From the NCBI GenBank assembly GCA_964291655.2, contig OZ219802.1, forward strand, positions 1,728,001-1,792,000: 64,000 nucleotides of DNA, in the 5' to 3' direction. The notes beneath the pieces were generated by a model. That model searched no databases. It was not told where the DNA came from and was given only the letters and a program-made list of their open reading frames with translations. This DNA is from Chloroflexota bacterium. Its GTDB lineage: Bacteria; Chloroflexota; UBA11872; VXOZ01. Made by a program: the position numbers and the translations under genes. Of the stretch, positions 61,087-64,000 are shown in pieces. The stretch's first letter is position 1, and the number at the start of each line of letters is the position of its first letter.

Positions 61087-61797
61087 ATGGCAAACACAAG
61101 ACTACCCGATGGTCTCGTTCCCGCCGGCAGCTCACTGGAATTCACTGAAGATACCATACCGGATGCTCTTCAAAAAGAGCACGCTCTCGGGCCCGGACAC
61201 TGGGGCGTGCTGCACGTGTTCGAGGGACAGGTGAGCTTTGTGGACCTTGCCACCGGCGAGGAAACCGACGTGGTTGCGCCCGGCCATGCCGTCATTCAAC
61301 CGGAAGCGCCCCATAGGCTGCGCGTCACAGGTGCAGTGCGCTGCCGCATTGATTTCTTTCGCAAGCCGGAAGACGCCTCCGCCATGCGCACGCCGGGCAG
61401 CTTCGCTGAGGAGGAGGTGCGGCAGAGCTTCGCGCGGTGCGAGGCCGCCGGCGACTTTGCGGAAACTTTCTATAGCACCTTCATGAACGCCTCTCCCGCC
61501 ATTGCGCCCTTCTTCGCCCAAACGGAGTTCGGACGACAGCGCCAATTGCTGCGGGATTCGGTGTACCTGATGGTGACGCACGATGTTTCCGATCCCGATA
61601 TGCGGGCCTTGCTCGACAAGCTGGGCAGTCTCCACAGCCGCGCCGGCCGCAACATCGCGCCCAAACTCTACGAACTCTGGCTGGATTGCATCTGCGCCAC
61701 CGTCAAGCAGCTCGATCCGGAGTGGACCCAATCACTCGAAGACCACTGGCGGGTAAGACTGCGCGCGGGCATGCAGGTCATCATGGCGGCGTATTGA
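61087..61797 (+). CDS. DUF1971 (YeaR/TehB-N cupin) fused to a globin
   Basis: FTEDTIPDAL..H....WGVLHV.EG...P..PH; then SF.RC...FY..F......F..T.F.RQ..LL, LG.LH, LY..W. Confidence 0.8.
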   Translation: MANTRLPDGLVPAGSSLEFTEDTIPDALQKEHALGPGHWGVLHVFEGQVSFVDLATGEETDVVAPGHAVIQPEAPHRLRVTGAVRCRIDFFRKPEDASAMRTPGSFAEEEVRQSFARCEAAGDFAETFYSTFMNASPAIAPFFAQTEFGRQRQLLRDSVYLMVTHDVSDPDMRALLDKLGSLHSRAGRNIAPKLYELWLDCICATVKQLDPEWTQSLEDHWRVRLRAGMQVIMAAY

Positions 61798-61947
61798 TGT
61801 GGCATTGTAATTTCTTACTTGTCGTGCTGTTTCGTAGACGCGTGGGATACTGACTGTTAGAATTGATTGTATATGGCAATGAGATACAACCGTGGTAGAG
61901 GTACCACGGTTGTATTGTTTAGTTAGTGCGAAGAGAGGAGCCTACAG

Positions 61948-62211
61948 TTGGATAGAACAGAGCAAGAGCGCCACCGTGCCAAAATCAACCGCACAAAGGT
62001 AACTGCCATTGCGGTCCGACATGTGAAAGTCGACCAAACATATCGCAAAGAGCGTAAGGCTACTACTGCATCGGAGATGATAGACTTCTTCAACTACATC
62101 GGCGGACTTTGGGGCATGCAATTCAGCGACCAAATGGACGACCGCCACCCCATATATGCGCACGGCAAGAAAATTCGAGAGTTAGCGTTGCGTGAAGAGT
62201 GCAAGCGTTGA
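61948..62211 (+). CDS. Hypothetical protein
   Basis: 87-aa ORF with GAGGAG RBS before TTG; no recognised motif. Confidence 0.35.
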   Translation: MDRTEQERHRAKINRTKVTAIAVRHVKVDQTYRKERKATTASEMIDFFNYIGGLWGMQFSDQMDDRHPIYAHGKKIRELALREECKR

Positions 62212-62290
62212 TCGGCCACTCTATGCGCTCCTCCAAATCCTTCCACGGAATCAACTCCTCCATCCACTCCAGGGGTTTTTCCAATGTGTT
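62205..62290 (-). pseudogene. IS5-family transposase N-terminal remnant
   Basis: LEWMEELIPWKDLEERIE resembles the IS5 FLxxMxxLIPWxxL motif; not continued. Confidence 0.5.
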
Positions 62291-62345
62291 TTGAGATGAA
62301 TGCGAGTGACTTTGCCTGGCAACCAAGAAAACAGAAGGACTAGGA

Positions 62346-64000
62346 ATGACAAATGAGGAAATCGCTGACTTCTATAGCGAAATTCAGGCTAGCATCGAGT
62401 CGAATCCCAACTTACGTGACCCTCAGGTAGAGGGATGGCTCAATGCGCGTAGGCACTTTGAAAACAACACCGAACATGCCATAATCCAAATCCCTGTAGG
62501 TTGTGGCAAGACTGGTCTAATGGCACTCTTGCCATTCAAGATTGCTAAAGGGCGTGTGCTCGTAATTGCACCTAATCTTGAAATTCGCAGAGGAATATCT
62601 ACTGCATTCGATATCGCCGGAAGCGACTGCTTCTGGACAACTACGAGAGTCCTAACAGATACAAGCCAGGGACCTTACACAGCTGTCTTGGATGGTCGAG
62701 ATGCCAACATCCATGACTGTGAGAACTCGCATATCGTAGTTACCAATATTCAGCAACTGGCAAGCCGCGCGGACCGGTGGTTACCTACTTTCCCCGATGA
62801 CTTTTTTGACCTGATTATGGTTGACGAGGGTCACCACAACATCGCTAAGAGCTGGGAGCGTGTGTTCGGAAAATTTCCAAACGCTAAAGTCGTAAGCCTA
62901 ACAGCTACGCCATTCAGGAGCGATGGTCGTGAAGTAAAGGGTAAAGTGGTTTACACGTATCCTTTCCGAACAGCAATGGTGCGCGGTTATATAAAGCAGA
63001 TTACAGCAATAAATGTAGCGCCGCAGGAAATCTCTTTTACCTATCGTGGGGATTCCAGAAAACACACCCTTGAGGAGGTGCTCGAACTGAAGGACGAGGA
63101 ATGGTTCAGTCGTGGGATAGCCCTGTCCCCGGAATGCAACAAGTCCATTGTAAATGCAAGCATCCAATGGTTACAGCACCTTCGCCAATCTGGGACTTTC
63201 CATCAGCTTATCGCAGTTGCCTGTTCAGTGGATCACGCGCGCCAAGTACGCTCTCTCTTCACTGAGCGCGGACTGGTAGCTCGCGAGGTCCACAGCAAAA
63301 TGCCACTCGAAGAGATTGAGGAGGTCATTCAGGACCTTCGTCGGAATCGTATTGACTGTATAGTCCAGGTTCGAATGCTTGGTGAAGGATTTGACCACCC
63401 AAACCTGAGCGTTGCAGCAATTTTTCAGCCTTTCCGCTCACTGTCACCATATGTCCAATTCATCGGTAGGGTAATGCGTGTAATTCACCAGAATAGCCCT
63501 CAGCATCCTGACAATAGAGGCATTGCAGTATCTCACGTTGGACTAAACATTGACCGGCATTGGGAGGATTTCAAGAAAATTGACTCCGAGGACCAAGAAC
63601 TAATCCGGGGTTGGCTAGATGCGGGCGAGGAATGTCCTCCATCAGAACAGCACGGTAAGAGAACACGTCTTACTCCTAACATGGTTGTACAAGAGGAGAT
63701 CATTAGCCACTTCATTGAACAGGAATACCTCGACCCAGCGGATGATGCCGTAATTGATGACTTGATAGCGGAATTCTGGAGACGCGGTTTCGACCCAGAA
63801 GACTTTGGGTTAACTCGTGATGAATTACGACAGCGGCTAATTCAGGGCAGAGCTAGAATAACAATGGAACCTGTCGATATCCCTGTTACGCCTCAGCGCC
63901 GCAGGCAAGAGACACGACGCCGACTAAACGAACGAGCAAAAACGCTTGCAAGTCGCATCTTGGAAGCCATAGACGAGCCTATCGCCGGGATTAGAGTTTC
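62346..64000 (+). CDS. SF2 DEAD/DEAH-box (ResIII-like) helicase, 3' truncated by window edge
   Basis: Manual translation: LRDPQ, PVGCGKTG, VDEGHH, LTATPFRSDG, MLGEGFDHP, QFIGRVMR; absent from ORF track because no stop in window. Confidence 0.9.
   Translation, partial: MTNEEIADFYSEIQASIESNPNLRDPQVEGWLNARRHFENNTEHAIIQIPVGCGKTGLMALLPFKIAKGRVLVIAPNLEIRRGISTAFDIAGSDCFWTTTRVLTDTSQGPYTAVLDGRDANIHDCENSHIVVTNIQQLASRADRWLPTFPDDFFDLIMVDEGHHNIAKSWERVFGKFPNAKVVSLTATPFRSDGREVKGKVVYTYPFRTAMVRGYIKQITAINVAPQEISFTYRGDSRKHTLEEVLELKDEEWFSRGIALSPECNKSIVNASIQWLQHLRQSGTFHQLIAVACSVDHARQVRSLFTERGLVAREVHSKMPLEEIEEVIQDLRRNRIDCIVQVRMLGEGFDHPNLSVAAIFQPFRSLSPYVQFIGRVMRVIHQNSPQHPDNRGIAVSHVGLNIDRHWEDFKKIDSEDQELIRGWLDAGEECPPSEQHGKRTRLTPNMVVQEEIISHFIEQEYLDPADDAVIDDLIAEFWRRGFDPEDFGLTRDELRQRLIQGRARITMEPVDIPVTPQRRRQETRRRLNERAKTLASRILEAIDEPIAGIRV

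Overview
GC-rich (roughly 60%) bacterial chromosome segment. Gene content and the dense REP-like palindromes are compatible with a Chloroflexota-like organism, but taxonomy is not provable here. The backbone is housekeeping and metabolic: fusA C-terminus, purC, purB, pgsA, rodZ, sodC, glycosyltransferases, amidohydrolases, dehydrogenases, a BaeSR-like two-component system, tRNA-Lys(CTT), tRNA-Pro(CGG), and a SAM-I riboswitch upstream of a ThrC-like enzyme plus a MoaD/CysO-like sulfur carrier. Four accessory or defence-like modules are inserted: (i) Vsr-C5-methyltransferase fusion + DUF4928 + dual-OB-like + two DUF488 genes (1.6-6.4 kb); (ii) a lower-GC island with a divergent HTH/ImmA(IrrE) regulator pair and a ubiquitin-like protein / DUF6791-ThiF / DUF6527 operon (16.3-19.3 kb), the best candidate for a poorly characterised system; (iii) AAA ATPase + DUF4276; (iv) an SF2 helicase at the right edge. 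Intergenic DNA holds several REP classes, a complete IS481 and at least three MITE families. All four TGT...ACA elements sit inside REP palindromes with 5-bp target duplications, in one case nested. There are also fixed-period tandem arrays and one REP inserted in-frame into a gene. Family names are from motif recognition only, not database searches.
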